DNA of 64,000 nucleotides from an uncultured Gemmatimonadales bacterium. GTDB taxonomy: Bacteria; Gemmatimonadota; Gemmatimonadetes; Gemmatimonadales; GWC2-71-9. Every line of letters begins with the position of its first letter. The stretch's first letter is position 1. Shown here piece after piece: positions 1-8,568 of the stretch. Under the pieces are notes generated by a model. The model was not told the origin of the DNA. It searched no databases and saw nothing but the letters and a program-made list of their open reading frames with translations. The DNA lies in assembly GCA_963773095.1 (NCBI GenBank), contig CAVYZY010000008.1, positions 266,589 through 330,588 of the forward strand, given 5' to 3'. Both the position numbers and the translations under genes were made by a program.

Positions 1-2
1 AC

Positions 3-1838
3 CAGCTGCTGCTGGCGTGGGAGCGTGACCCGGAGGACCAGGCGCCACTCGACGGCCTCTTCCGCGCAGTTCACTCCCTGAAGGGGATGGCGGCCACGAT
101 GGGCTTTGCCCCGCTGGCCGAACTGGCGCACCGGGCCGAGAACCTGCTCGATGCGGTGCGGGGCGGGCGACTCGCGGTGAAGCCCGAGCATTTCGAGCTG
201 CTGTTCCGCTCGGTGGACGAACTCGAGGATGGCGTTGCACGGGCCACGACGGGGAAGGGCCTGCGCGCCGAGGCAGCCTCGCTGGTGAAGGCGCTGGACG
301 CGGCGGTGAAAAAGGCGGGTAAGGCGGGTGAGACTGACAAGGCGGGGAAGGCGGGGAGGACGGGGAGGGTGGGTGACACCGCCGCTGCAAAGGCGGAGAA
401 GCCCGGCGCGAAGGATGATCGGCCGTCGCTGGACGTGAAGGTTACCGTCCGGTCCGACGCACTGCTTCGCGGGGCGAGGGCGCTGCTGGCGCTGAGGAAG
501 GCGGAAGGACTCGGTGTGGTGTCCCGGGTGACGCCGCAGATGAGCGAGTTCGAGCGCGAGGACTTCGACGGGAAGCTCGCCTTCCGCATCCGCACGGGAG
601 CGGCGCCGAGCGAAGTCGATGCGGTGATCCGGTCGGCGGGCGACATCGCCGGGGTGGCGATCGACCTGGCCTCCGACGAAACGACGGTCGATGCGACCGC
701 GATGCGGCAGATCCGGATCGACCTGGCCCGGCTCGATGTGCTGATGAAGCTGGCGGGCGAACTGGTGGTGGCGCGCAACCGGCTGGTGGAGCTGGCCCGG
801 GCGTCCACCGATCCCGAGCTGGGCCAGGTCGGCGAGCGGATCTCGCGGCTGGTGGGCGCGGTGCAGTCGGAAGTGCTGGAGGCGCGGCTCACGCCGGTGC
901 GCGAGGTGTTCGACCGCTTTCCCCGCGTGGTGCGCGACCTGGCCCGGGACCTGGGCCGGCAGGTGCGGCTCGAGGTGGAGGGCGGCGACATCGAGCTGGA
1001 CCGCGCGGTGCTCGACGAGGTGGCCGACCCGCTGGTGCACCTGGTGCGGAACGCGATCGACCACGGCATCGAGGCGCCGCGCGAACGGGTGAAGGCAGGG
1101 AAGGCGGCGGAGGGACGGCTCCGGCTGTCGGCGTCGCGGGAGCGGAACAGCGTGGCGATCCGCGTGGCCGATGACGGCCGCGGCATCGACCGCTCGAAGA
1201 TCCTGGCGAAGGCGAAGGCCGATGGGCTGGTGGACGCCGCGGCCGAGACGCTGGCCGACGACCAGCTGCTGCGGATCCTTTCCCGCTCCGGCTTCAGCAC
1301 GGCGGCGGTGGTGAGCGGGGTGTCGGGCCGCGGGGTCGGGGTGGACGTGGTGATGACGCGGATCCGGCAGCTGGGCGGCGCGGTGGAGCTGGTCACCGAG
1401 GCGGGGCAGGGCACCGCGTTCGTGCTGCGGGTGCCGCTCACGCTGGCGATCGTGCGATCGCTGCTGGTGCAGGTGGGGGCCGAGCGATACGTCGTGCCGC
1501 TCAACTACGTGAGCGAGACGATCGAGTTCTCGGCGACACCGATCACCGCGCTGGGCGATCGCGAGGCGCTGGTGATCCGGGAGCAGCCGGTGCCGACGGT
1601 GCACCTGCACCGGCTGCTCAGCATCGAGGGCGCGGCCACCACAGGACGGCGGCCGGTCCTGGTGGTCCAGGTGGGGGAGCGCCGGAGCGCACTGGTGGTG
1701 GACGCGCTGCTGGGGCAGCAGGAAATCGTAGTGGAGCCGTTCGATGCGCCACGCGGGATGCCCGGCTGGTTCAGCGGGGCCACGATCCTCGCGGATGGCG
1801 CGCCGGCGCTGATCCTGGACGCGGCGGCGCTCGTCTGA
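3..1838 (+). CDS. cheA: Chemotaxis histidine kinase CheA (5' end cut by window edge)
   Basis: Frame is open from nt 3. Translation upstream of the ORF-track ATG (87) reads ...LDGLFRAVHSLKGMAATMGF, the HPt phospho-His motif. Later come the P3 dimerisation helix IRIDLARLDVLMKL, N-box HLVRNAIDHGIE, G1 DDGRGID, G2 GRGVGVD and a C-terminal CheW-like P5 domain. No receiver domain. Confidence 0.93.
   Translation, partial: QLLLAWERDPEDQAPLDGLFRAVHSLKGMAATMGFAPLAELAHRAENLLDAVRGGRLAVKPEHFELLFRSVDELEDGVARATTGKGLRAEAASLVKALDAAVKKAGKAGETDKAGKAGRTGRVGDTAAAKAEKPGAKDDRPSLDVKVTVRSDALLRGARALLALRKAEGLGVVSRVTPQMSEFEREDFDGKLAFRIRTGAAPSEVDAVIRSAGDIAGVAIDLASDETTVDATAMRQIRIDLARLDVLMKLAGELVVARNRLVELARASTDPELGQVGERISRLVGAVQSEVLEARLTPVREVFDRFPRVVRDLARDLGRQVRLEVEGGDIELDRAVLDEVADPLVHLVRNAIDHGIEAPRERVKAGKAAEGRLRLSASRERNSVAIRVADDGRGIDRSKILAKAKADGLVDAAAETLADDQLLRILSRSGFSTAAVVSGVSGRGVGVDVVMTRIRQLGGAVELVTEAGQGTAFVLRVPLTLAIVRSLLVQVGAERYVVPLNYVSETIEFSATPITALGDREALVIREQPVPTVHLHRLLSIEGAATTGRRPVLVVQVGERRSALVVDALLGQQEIVVEPFDAPRGMPGWFSGATILADGAPALILDAAALV
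315..377 (+). repeat. In-frame 9-nt tandem array, 7 units (GCGGGTAAG GCGGGTGAG ACTGACAAG GCGGGGAAG GCGGGGAGG ACGGGGAGG GTGGGTGAC) in the cheA P1-P2 linker
   Basis: Read directly; encodes AGK AGE TDK AGK AGR TGR VGD. Confidence 0.85.
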
Positions 1839-1863
1839 CTGGGTACGGGTTCGGGAGAGCACC

Positions 1864-2484
1864 ATGGACGACGTGCGGACACTGAAGGCGCACCAGCTCG
1901 ACGCGCTGCGCGAGGTCGCCAATATCGGCGCCGGCCACGCGGCGACCGCGCTTTCCCAGATGACCAACCGCACCATCATGATCGCGGTGCCCGAGGTCAA
2001 CGTGCGCCCGCTCGAGGACGTAGCCGAGCTTTTCGGCTCCGCCGATGCGGTCATCTCCGCCGTGCTCATGCACATGATGGGCGACCTGACCGGCCGCACC
2101 ATGATCCTCTTCCCCAACGAATCGGCCCGGAATCTCTGCGACATCCTGATGCGCCGTGCGCCAGGCACGACGCAGGAGTTCGGGCCGATGGAGCAGTCGG
2201 GGCTGAAGGAGGTCGGCAACATCCTCGTGAGTGCGTACCTCACGGCGCTGAGCGATTTCATGGGGATGATGCTCGTGCCGTCGGTGCCCAGCCTCGTGAT
2301 CGACCAGGCGGGGGCGATCCTCACCACTACCTACCTCAATTTCGGCCACGACCGCGATTACGTCTTCTGCGTCGAGACGGCATTCCAGGTCGCTGGCGCG
2401 TCCGAGCAGCTTCACGGGCATTTCCTGCTCCTGCCCGACCTGCCCTCGCTGCGCGCCATCTTCGACGCCATCCGCATCTCCTGA
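1864..2484 (+). CDS. cheC: CheY-P phosphatase CheC
   Basis: Both CheC active-site motifs D/S-x3-E-x2-N-x22-P can be counted exactly (DALREVAN+22+P and SGLKEVGN+22+P). EVANIGAGHAATALS signature. Confidence 0.88.
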   Translation: MDDVRTLKAHQLDALREVANIGAGHAATALSQMTNRTIMIAVPEVNVRPLEDVAELFGSADAVISAVLMHMMGDLTGRTMILFPNESARNLCDILMRRAPGTTQEFGPMEQSGLKEVGNILVSAYLTALSDFMGMMLVPSVPSLVIDQAGAILTTTYLNFGHDRDYVFCVETAFQVAGASEQLHGHFLLLPDLPSLRAIFDAIRIS

Positions 2485-2488
2485 CCCG

Positions 2489-5200
2489 ATGCCGGGTCCT
2501 GCGCCCTCCGATCGCGACCTTGCCATCCTCCGGTCGTTCGCGAGTCGCATTGACCCGTCGGACGCCGGCGCGCACAACAACCTCGGGGTCCTCTACTACC
2601 AGAAGGGCATGGTCGGCGAGGCGGTCGCCGCCTTCTCCCGCGCGCTCGAGATCGACTCGCGCATGCAGGTGGCCCAGGACAACCTGGAGCTTGCCTACCG
2701 GGAGAGCGGCTTCTACGACGGCCGGGTGGCCGAGCTGCAGGAACGCCTGCGCCGCATGCCCGATGATCGCGAGGCACGCTGGGAGCTGGGCCGGGCCTAC
2801 GCGTCGCTGAGCCGGCACGACCTGGCGGCGCAGGCCTTCGAGGAACTGCTGGTCCGCTCCCCTTCCGACGTTCCCGCCCTCATTCACCTCGGCCTGGCCG
2901 AGAAGGCACGCGGTCGCATCGAGGCGGCCGGCGGGTGCTTCGCGCTCGCGGCCGAGCTCGATCCGGGCAGCGCGGTCGCGCGATTCTACCAGGGCGAGAC
3001 GCTCTACAACCGCGGGCTCAACGACGCGGCGCTCGAGGCGCTCGAGGCCGCCATCGCGCACAACCCCGACTACGCCGAAGCCCACTACCTGCTCGCGTTC
3101 GTCTATGGCGACATGGGGCTGCACGAGCGCGCGCTCGAGGCCACCAAGCGGGCGATCGCGCTCAACCCCATGCTGTCGCGGGCGCAGGCGAATTTGTCGC
3201 TTGAGCGGCTGGTTCCTAAAGGCGAAGAGGCGGGGAGGGCGGGGAAGGCCGGGAGGGCGGGGGGCGCGGGCAACGATGCTGCAGGGACGCCGATGGAGCG
3301 CGATCCGCTGGCGCACTACCAGCTCGGGCTCGCCTTCCGGCAGAAGCGCTACTTCGCCGAGGCGCTGCGCGAGTACCGGATGGCGCTGGACGCGGGCGAG
3401 GACCGCTCGCTGGTGCTGCAGGCGATGGCCGAGGTGCACCTGCTGCGGCGGGACCACTCGACGGCGCTCGAGCTGTACGACGAACTGCTGCGGCAGAACC
3501 CCAGGGTGCCGAAGCTCTGGAACGAGCGCGGCGTGTGCCTGCACCAGGCGGGGCGCCGCGACGAGGCGGCGGTCGCCTACGAGCACGCGATCGCCGCCGA
3601 CCGGACCTACGCGCTGGCGTGGAACAACCTCGGCGTGCTGCGGGCGGGCGCGGCGGGCACGGACGCCGCGATGTCCGCCTTCCGCTCCGCGCTCGAGCGG
3701 CAACCCGGCCTCCACGCCGCGCGGCTCAACCTGGCCCTGCTGCTGATGCAGCGGCGCCAGCCGCAGGCGGCGCTCGAGGCGTACCGCGAGGTGCTCTCGC
3801 GCGACCACGCGAACGCGGTGGCGTGGAACGGGGTCGGCCTCGTGCTGATGGAGCTCAAGCGCTACACCGACGCGCGGAACGCCTTCGGCCGCGCCGTGGA
3901 GCACGACCCGGCGCTCGCCGCCGCGCACTACAACCTGAGCTTCACGCTGGGGCAGCTGGGCGACTTCGAGGGGGCGCTGCGCGAGACCAAGCGCGCGCTG
4001 GAGCTCGAGTCGTACTACGTGCCGCAGAAGTTCGCGCTCACGATCGACCTGCAGTACGAGGACCCCACGATCGCGATCGCGCCCGAAGTCGCGACCGAGG
4101 TGGGGCTCGAGTCGCTGGGCGGCGAGTTCGCGTTCGATCCCGGCGCGCTCGACGACCTGTTCGCGGAGCTGGCCCCCCCCGAAGCGCCGGTGGCAGCGGC
4201 GCGGGTCGAGGATCCGCTCACGCTGGCGCGCGACTACCTGAGCAAGGGACTGCTCGAACTGGCGACGGCCGAGGTGACCCGCGCGCAGGGACGCGGGGCG
4301 GGACGGGCCGAGGCGCAGACGCTGCTGGGCGAGATCTACGCGCGGCGCGGGCTGCACGGCGAGGCCCTGGAGCGGTTCCACACTGCGCGCGAGTCGAACC
4401 CCGGCGACCGGAGTGCCGCCCTGGGCGAGCTCCGCGCGCTGGTGGCGATGGAGCGCGCGGCCGAGGGCGGGATCCTCGCCGAGCAGCTGCTCGAGGCGTT
4501 CCCGCGCGACGTGGAAGTGCTGAGCGCCGTGGCGCGGGTGCGGCTCGCGATGGGCGATGCGACCCACGCGCTCACCGCGGTGCAGCTGGCGCAGACCCTC
4601 GCGCCGGGACGCTCCGACCTGCTGCACCTGCAGGCGCGGGTGGCGGTGCGGCTGGACGACCGGGCCGCGGCGATCGAGGCGTGCAAGCGCGCACTCGAAC
4701 TGGACGACTCGCTGGTGCAGGTGTGGTACGAACTCGGCCGGCTGGAAGAGGGACGCGAGGGCTGGGCGGCGGCGCAGGATGCGTACGTGCGGGCGCTCGA
4801 CATCTTGCCCACCTATCTCGAGGCCGGGCTGGCGCTCGGGGACCTGCTGCGGCGACGCATGCAGCATCGCGCGGCGCTCGACGTGCTGGTGGAACTCCTC
4901 ACCACCGACCCGTACGCGGTCGAGGCCCTGGTGCTGCTGGGAAAGGTGCTGTTCGAGCAGGGCCGCATCGACGAGGCGCTGGAAGGCTTCGGCCGCGCGC
5001 TGCGCTTCAATCCCGAGCACGCGGCGGCGCTCTTCCATTCGGGCGACGTGCTGGCGCGGAAGCGCCGCTTCGGGGACGCCGTGGAGGCGTGGGACCGGGT
5101 GTCGCAGATCGATCCCTCCGGGCCGTACGCCGCACCGGCGCGGAGCCGGGCGCGCTCGGCCCGGGATCTCCAGCACATCTTCGCCGCACAGCCGGGCTGA
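2489..5200 (+). CDS. Large TPR-repeat protein (903 aa)
   Basis: Repeated 34-aa TPR-like units throughout (NLGVLYYQKGMVGEAVAAFSRALEID, AHYLLAFVYGDMGLHERALEATKRAIALNP etc.). Starts 4 nt after the cheC stop. Carries an in-frame nonamer array at 3230-3274. Confidence 0.85.
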   Translation: MPGPAPSDRDLAILRSFASRIDPSDAGAHNNLGVLYYQKGMVGEAVAAFSRALEIDSRMQVAQDNLELAYRESGFYDGRVAELQERLRRMPDDREARWELGRAYASLSRHDLAAQAFEELLVRSPSDVPALIHLGLAEKARGRIEAAGGCFALAAELDPGSAVARFYQGETLYNRGLNDAALEALEAAIAHNPDYAEAHYLLAFVYGDMGLHERALEATKRAIALNPMLSRAQANLSLERLVPKGEEAGRAGKAGRAGGAGNDAAGTPMERDPLAHYQLGLAFRQKRYFAEALREYRMALDAGEDRSLVLQAMAEVHLLRRDHSTALELYDELLRQNPRVPKLWNERGVCLHQAGRRDEAAVAYEHAIAADRTYALAWNNLGVLRAGAAGTDAAMSAFRSALERQPGLHAARLNLALLLMQRRQPQAALEAYREVLSRDHANAVAWNGVGLVLMELKRYTDARNAFGRAVEHDPALAAAHYNLSFTLGQLGDFEGALRETKRALELESYYVPQKFALTIDLQYEDPTIAIAPEVATEVGLESLGGEFAFDPGALDDLFAELAPPEAPVAAARVEDPLTLARDYLSKGLLELATAEVTRAQGRGAGRAEAQTLLGEIYARRGLHGEALERFHTARESNPGDRSAALGELRALVAMERAAEGGILAEQLLEAFPRDVEVLSAVARVRLAMGDATHALTAVQLAQTLAPGRSDLLHLQARVAVRLDDRAAAIEACKRALELDDSLVQVWYELGRLEEGREGWAAAQDAYVRALDILPTYLEAGLALGDLLRRRMQHRAALDVLVELLTTDPYAVEALVLLGKVLFEQGRIDEALEGFGRALRFNPEHAAALFHSGDVLARKRRFGDAVEAWDRVSQIDPSGPYAAPARSRARSARDLQHIFAAQPG
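3230..3274 (+). repeat. In-frame 9-nt tandem array, 5 units (GCGGGGAGG GCGGGGAAG GCCGGGAGG GCGGGGGGC GCGGGCAAC) in the TPR gene
   Basis: Read directly; encodes AGR AGK AGR AGG AGN. Shares an identical 21-mer with 41447-41467. Confidence 0.85.
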
Positions 5201-5202
5201 TC

Positions 5203-6348
5203 ATGGCTATCGAGGGACCGCTCAAGGAACTGCACATCCACGATGTGTTCCAGCTGCTGGACCTCGGCCGGAAGACGGGCGTGCTGTGCGTCACTTCCGA
5301 GCTGCGGCAGAACTCGGGGATGGTCTACTTCGAGCGCGGGGCGGTGGTGGCGGCCGAGATCCGGAGCAACCCGCATCCGCTGGGCACGCTGCTGCTGCGC
5401 GCCGGCAAGATCGCGGAAGCCGACCTGGCGCGAGCGCGGGCGCTGCAGGGGGCGGGCGACGGCCGGCGGCTGGGCGACATCCTGGTGGACATGGGTGCGA
5501 TGAACCGGCGCGAGCTCGAGCGGCTGGTACGGCAGCAGGTGCAGGAAGTCATCTTCGAGCTGATGAACTGGTCGGAGGGATACTTCTCGTTCGAGGAGAC
5601 CACGGGTCCTCGGACGAGCGCCGAGGCGAGCGTGCGCATCCCGACCGAGTCACTGCTGATGGAGGCAGCGCGACGGATCGACGAGTGGTCGCGCATCGAG
5701 GCGAAGGTGCCGCACCTGGGCGTGGTGCCGCGCTTCGCCGATGCGGACAGCCAGCACGGCATGCTCGACCTGACGCCGTTCGAGTGGGAAGTGATCGCGA
5801 CAGTGGACGGCACGCGCGACCTGCGCGCGATTGCGGAAGCGCTGGGACGCGCGGAGTTCGAGATCGCGCGCACCATCTTCGGCCTGACGAGCACCGGCGT
5901 GGTGGTGCTGGACGACCCGACGCAGGTCTCATCGGGGCCCGAGACGCCGGACGTGATGCAGCTCGTCGCGCGCGCGGAGGAACAGCTCGCCTCGGGCGAC
6001 GTGGATTCGGCCCGCCTCATCGCCACCGAGGCGGCGGCCCACTTCCCGGACCAGGCAGGGGCGCACGCGGTGCTGGGGCGCGTGCTGCTCGCGGGCGGGC
6101 ACCATGCCGAGGCGGAGGAGGCGTTCTTCGAGGCACTCCGGCTCGAGCCGGGTTTCGCGTCGGCGCGACGGCTGCTGGGCACGTCCCAGGCGGCGAGCGG
6201 CCGCTTCGACGAGGCGATCGCCTCGTGGCAGCGCTGGCGGCAGCTGGCGGAACGGTCGCCCGAAGAGGTGAAGCTGCAGGAGGGAGTGGACCGGCTGCAG
6301 GCGGCCGCGCGGTTGCTGAGCGACGCGATCAAGGGGTGGTATGACTGA
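5203..6348 (+). CDS. PATAN/DUF4388 domain protein with helical insert and C-terminal TPR
   Basis: MAIEGPLKELHIHDVFQLLDLGRKTGVLCVTSE...MVYFERGAVVAAE matches the DUF4388/PATAN N-terminal pattern. It is followed by GspE-N-like LG..L...G.I helices and a C-terminal TPR (HAVLGRVLLAGGHHAEAEEAFFEALRLEP). ATG at 5203 is in frame with track ORF 3535-6348, whose upstream part is a shadow of the TPR gene. Confidence 0.8.
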   Translation: MAIEGPLKELHIHDVFQLLDLGRKTGVLCVTSELRQNSGMVYFERGAVVAAEIRSNPHPLGTLLLRAGKIAEADLARARALQGAGDGRRLGDILVDMGAMNRRELERLVRQQVQEVIFELMNWSEGYFSFEETTGPRTSAEASVRIPTESLLMEAARRIDEWSRIEAKVPHLGVVPRFADADSQHGMLDLTPFEWEVIATVDGTRDLRAIAEALGRAEFEIARTIFGLTSTGVVVLDDPTQVSSGPETPDVMQLVARAEEQLASGDVDSARLIATEAAAHFPDQAGAHAVLGRVLLAGGHHAEAEEAFFEALRLEPGFASARRLLGTSQAASGRFDEAIASWQRWRQLAERSPEEVKLQEGVDRLQAAARLLSDAIKGWYD

Positions 6349-7156
6349 CCCGATCCGCGAACTCACGGCGCAGCTGGCCTCCGATCCGCAGAGCCTCGTG
6401 TTCCTCGAGCTGGGCGAGGCGCTGCGGAACCGCGGGCAGCCAGCGGCCGCGTACAAGGTGGCGCGCATGGGCGTCAACCGGTATCCGGAGCTGGCGGCAT
6501 CACACGACCTGCTGGCGCGCGTGCTCGCCGACCAGGGTGACCGTCACGCGGCGGCCGAGGCGTGGCGGCGCGTGCTGGAGCTGTCGCCGGGACACCTCGG
6601 GGCCAACAAAGGTCTCGCGTTCCTGGCGTTCCGGGCGGGGGATCCCGAGGGCGCGCTCCCGTTTCTCGAGTCGGCGCTCGGTGCCGCGCCCGACGACGAG
6701 GGGCTCGCGATCGCGGTGCGGCGGGTGCGCACGGCGCTCGATGGCGCGGCAGCGCGCGCGGCGACCGCCGCCGCGAGGAGCGCCCCGAGCGCGCTCCGCG
6801 GCGCCGAGGGGTTCGAGCCGTTCGAAGATGCGCAGGGCGTGGTGCTGCTGGACACGCAGGGGCTGCGGCTCGCGGGCACGCTGGAGGCGCCCGACGGCCG
6901 CGACGTGAGCGACGCCGTGGCGGCGCACCTGCAGGGCGTGTCGCGTGAAGCGTCGCGCGCGGCCCGGCTGCTCGACCTCGGCGCGTGGGAGAGCGTGACG
7001 GCGGAGTCGCCGGATGGCCACCTCCTGGTGCTGCCGCCGACGCAGTCCACCGTGCTGCTCCTGCTGCGGGACGCGCGGGTGCCGGTGGGGCGGCTCGGGC
7101 TCATCGCGGAGCAGGCGGCGCGCGCGGCGCGCAGCTGGCTGGAACGGCTGGCATGA
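6341..7156 (+). CDS. TPR - Roadblock/LC7 fusion protein
   Basis: N-terminal TPR-like helices (LVFLELGEALRNRGQPAAAYKVARMGVNRYP). The C-terminal ~110 aa show a Roadblock pattern (GVVLLDTQGLRLAG...DAVAAHLQGV...ESVTAESPDGHLLVL...LLLLRDARVPVGRL). 8-nt overlap with the upstream gene. Confidence 0.7.
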   Translation: MTDPIRELTAQLASDPQSLVFLELGEALRNRGQPAAAYKVARMGVNRYPELAASHDLLARVLADQGDRHAAAEAWRRVLELSPGHLGANKGLAFLAFRAGDPEGALPFLESALGAAPDDEGLAIAVRRVRTALDGAAARAATAAARSAPSALRGAEGFEPFEDAQGVVLLDTQGLRLAGTLEAPDGRDVSDAVAAHLQGVSREASRAARLLDLGAWESVTAESPDGHLLVLPPTQSTVLLLLRDARVPVGRLGLIAEQAARAARSWLERLA

Positions 7157-7503
7157 GGAACCTGGGCGAGGCGCTCGAGCGGGTCACGCGGGTGGCGGGC
7201 ATCCGGGGTGCGATGCTGGTGTCCGAGTCGGACGGCCTCGTGGTGGCGGAGGCGCTGGCCGAGGGACTCGACGGCAACGCGGTCGCGGCCCTGGCGGCGA
7301 GCCTGACGCTGCGGCTCCGGCGCACGGCGACGAGCGCCGGGCTCGCAGTGCCGCAGGTGGTGCAACTCCGCGCCGAGCGAGGCACGGTGCTCAGCGTTCC
7401 CGCCGGCGACGACCTGCTGCTGGTGGCGGTGGCCGAGCGCGACGCGAACCTGGGCCTCGCGCGGCTCGAGCTCAGGCAGGCGGCGGCGCAGTTCGGATCA
7501 TGA
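7153..7503 (+). CDS. Roadblock/LC7 domain protein (116 aa)
   Basis: LERVTRVAGIRGAMLVSESDGLVVAE...AVAALAASL...QVVQLRAERGTVLSVPAGDDLLLVAVAERDANLGL is a typical Roadblock/MglB-fold pattern. ATGA overlap at both ends. Confidence 0.78.
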   Translation: MRNLGEALERVTRVAGIRGAMLVSESDGLVVAEALAEGLDGNAVAALAASLTLRLRRTATSAGLAVPQVVQLRAERGTVLSVPAGDDLLLVAVAERDANLGLARLELRQAAAQFGS

Positions 7504-7961
7504 GGGTCATCGAGCCGTGGGTGGCGGCGCCGCTGCAGGGCTTCCTCGACGAGTCGGGCGCGCGGCTCACGCTGCTCATGACCTCCGCGGGGCAGGTGAT
7601 CGCGCAGGACGGCTTCACCCGCTCGGTGGACGTGATGGCGGCGGCCGCGCTCGGGGCCGCGATCATGGCGTCGACGGACGCGATCGCTGACGTGATGAGC
7701 ACGCCGAGTTTCGGAGTGGTGCTGCACCAGGGCCCGAGGCAGAGCCTGGTGCTCCGGTCCTTCCCGACGCCGCGGGGACGCTGGATCGGGCTGGTGGTGT
7801 TCGGGTCGGAAACGTCGGTGGGGCTGGTGCAGCTCTTCTTCCAGGAACTGGAGGAGGCGCTGGCGAAGGCGGCGCCGGCGGAGCCAGCCACGCGGGCGGT
7901 GCTGGCGGAAAATTTCGAGTACGAACTCAACGCGAGCCTGCGCTCGCTCTTCGGACGGTAA
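7500..7961 (+). CDS. mglB: Roadblock/LC7 protein directly upstream of mglA (MglB-like GAP candidate)
   Basis: 153 aa; LQGFLDESGARLTLLMTSAGQVIAQDGF...MAAAALGAAIMASTDAIA...SLVLRSFPTPRGRWIGLVVF. Position 4 nt upstream of mglA mirrors the mglBA arrangement. Confidence 0.62.
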   Translation: MRVIEPWVAAPLQGFLDESGARLTLLMTSAGQVIAQDGFTRSVDVMAAAALGAAIMASTDAIADVMSTPSFGVVLHQGPRQSLVLRSFPTPRGRWIGLVVFGSETSVGLVQLFFQELEEALAKAAPAEPATRAVLAENFEYELNASLRSLFGR

Positions 7962-7965
7962 CGGG

Positions 7966-8568
7966 ATGTCGCTGGTCAACTTCACTGCGCGCGAGATCAC
8001 CTGCAAGATCGTCTACTACGGGCCGGGCCGGTCCGGGAAGACGACCAACCTGCAGTACATCTTCGGCCGCGTGCCGGATACCCGGCGCGGGCGGATGGTG
8101 TCGCTCGCCACGCAGGGCGACCGGACGCTGTTCTTCGATTTCCTCCCCATCGACCTGGGGAGCATCTCGGGGTTCCAGACCAAGTTCCAGTTGTACACCG
8201 TGCCGGGCCAGAGCTACTACAACGCGACGCGGAAGCTGGTGCTGCAGGGCGCCGACGGCATCGTGTTCGTGGCCGACAGCCAGGCGCGACGGTTCGACGA
8301 CAACCTCGAGAGCCTGCAGAACCTGCAGGAGAACCTGCTGAGCCAGGGCGTGGACGTGCGGACGATGCCGATCGCGTTCCAGTACAACAAGCAGGACCTG
8401 CCGGGCGAGCTGGTGCTGAAGCCGTCCGAGCTGGACGAGTCGCTGAACTTCCGCGGCGTGCCGAGCTTCGGCGCCGACGCGCTGCACGGCAGCGGCGTGT
8501 TCGAGACGCTCAGGGGCATTTCCGAACTGGTGCTGCGAAAGCTGGCCGCGGGAGGGATCGCCGAATGA
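7966..8568 (+). CDS. mglA: Ras-like small GTPase MglA
   Basis: Near-colinear with Myxococcus MglA as I recall it: REITCKIVYYGPGRSGKTTNLQYI (P-loop), DRTLFFDFLP, LYTVPGQSYY (catalytic Gln), QYNKQDL (NKxD). Confidence 0.93.
   Translation: MSLVNFTAREITCKIVYYGPGRSGKTTNLQYIFGRVPDTRRGRMVSLATQGDRTLFFDFLPIDLGSISGFQTKFQLYTVPGQSYYNATRKLVLQGADGIVFVADSQARRFDDNLESLQNLQENLLSQGVDVRTMPIAFQYNKQDLPGELVLKPSELDESLNFRGVPSFGADALHGSGVFETLRGISELVLRKLAAGGIAE

Noticed and set aside
2336-5176. Very long minus-strand ORFs opposite real genes: 2336-5176 (946 aa), 8690-10606, 10585-11913, 36428-38332, 51964-53718, 61206-62909 and 62845-63930.
   Set aside because: Their translations are Arg/His/Pro/Gly-rich with no motifs. 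They mirror plus-strand genes that have unambiguous family signatures. Stop-poor antisense frames are expected in GC-rich DNA.
3535-5202. N-terminal extensions of track ORFs 3535-6348, 6985-7503, 7014-7961, 9688-12429, 14501-15205, 15048-16559, 24844-28368, 58546-60081 and 60325-61686.
   Set aside because: The upstream parts overlap the preceding gene in another frame and translate to low-complexity Arg/Gly/Ala strings. In each case family homology begins at an internal ATG or GTG that overlaps or abuts the upstream stop.
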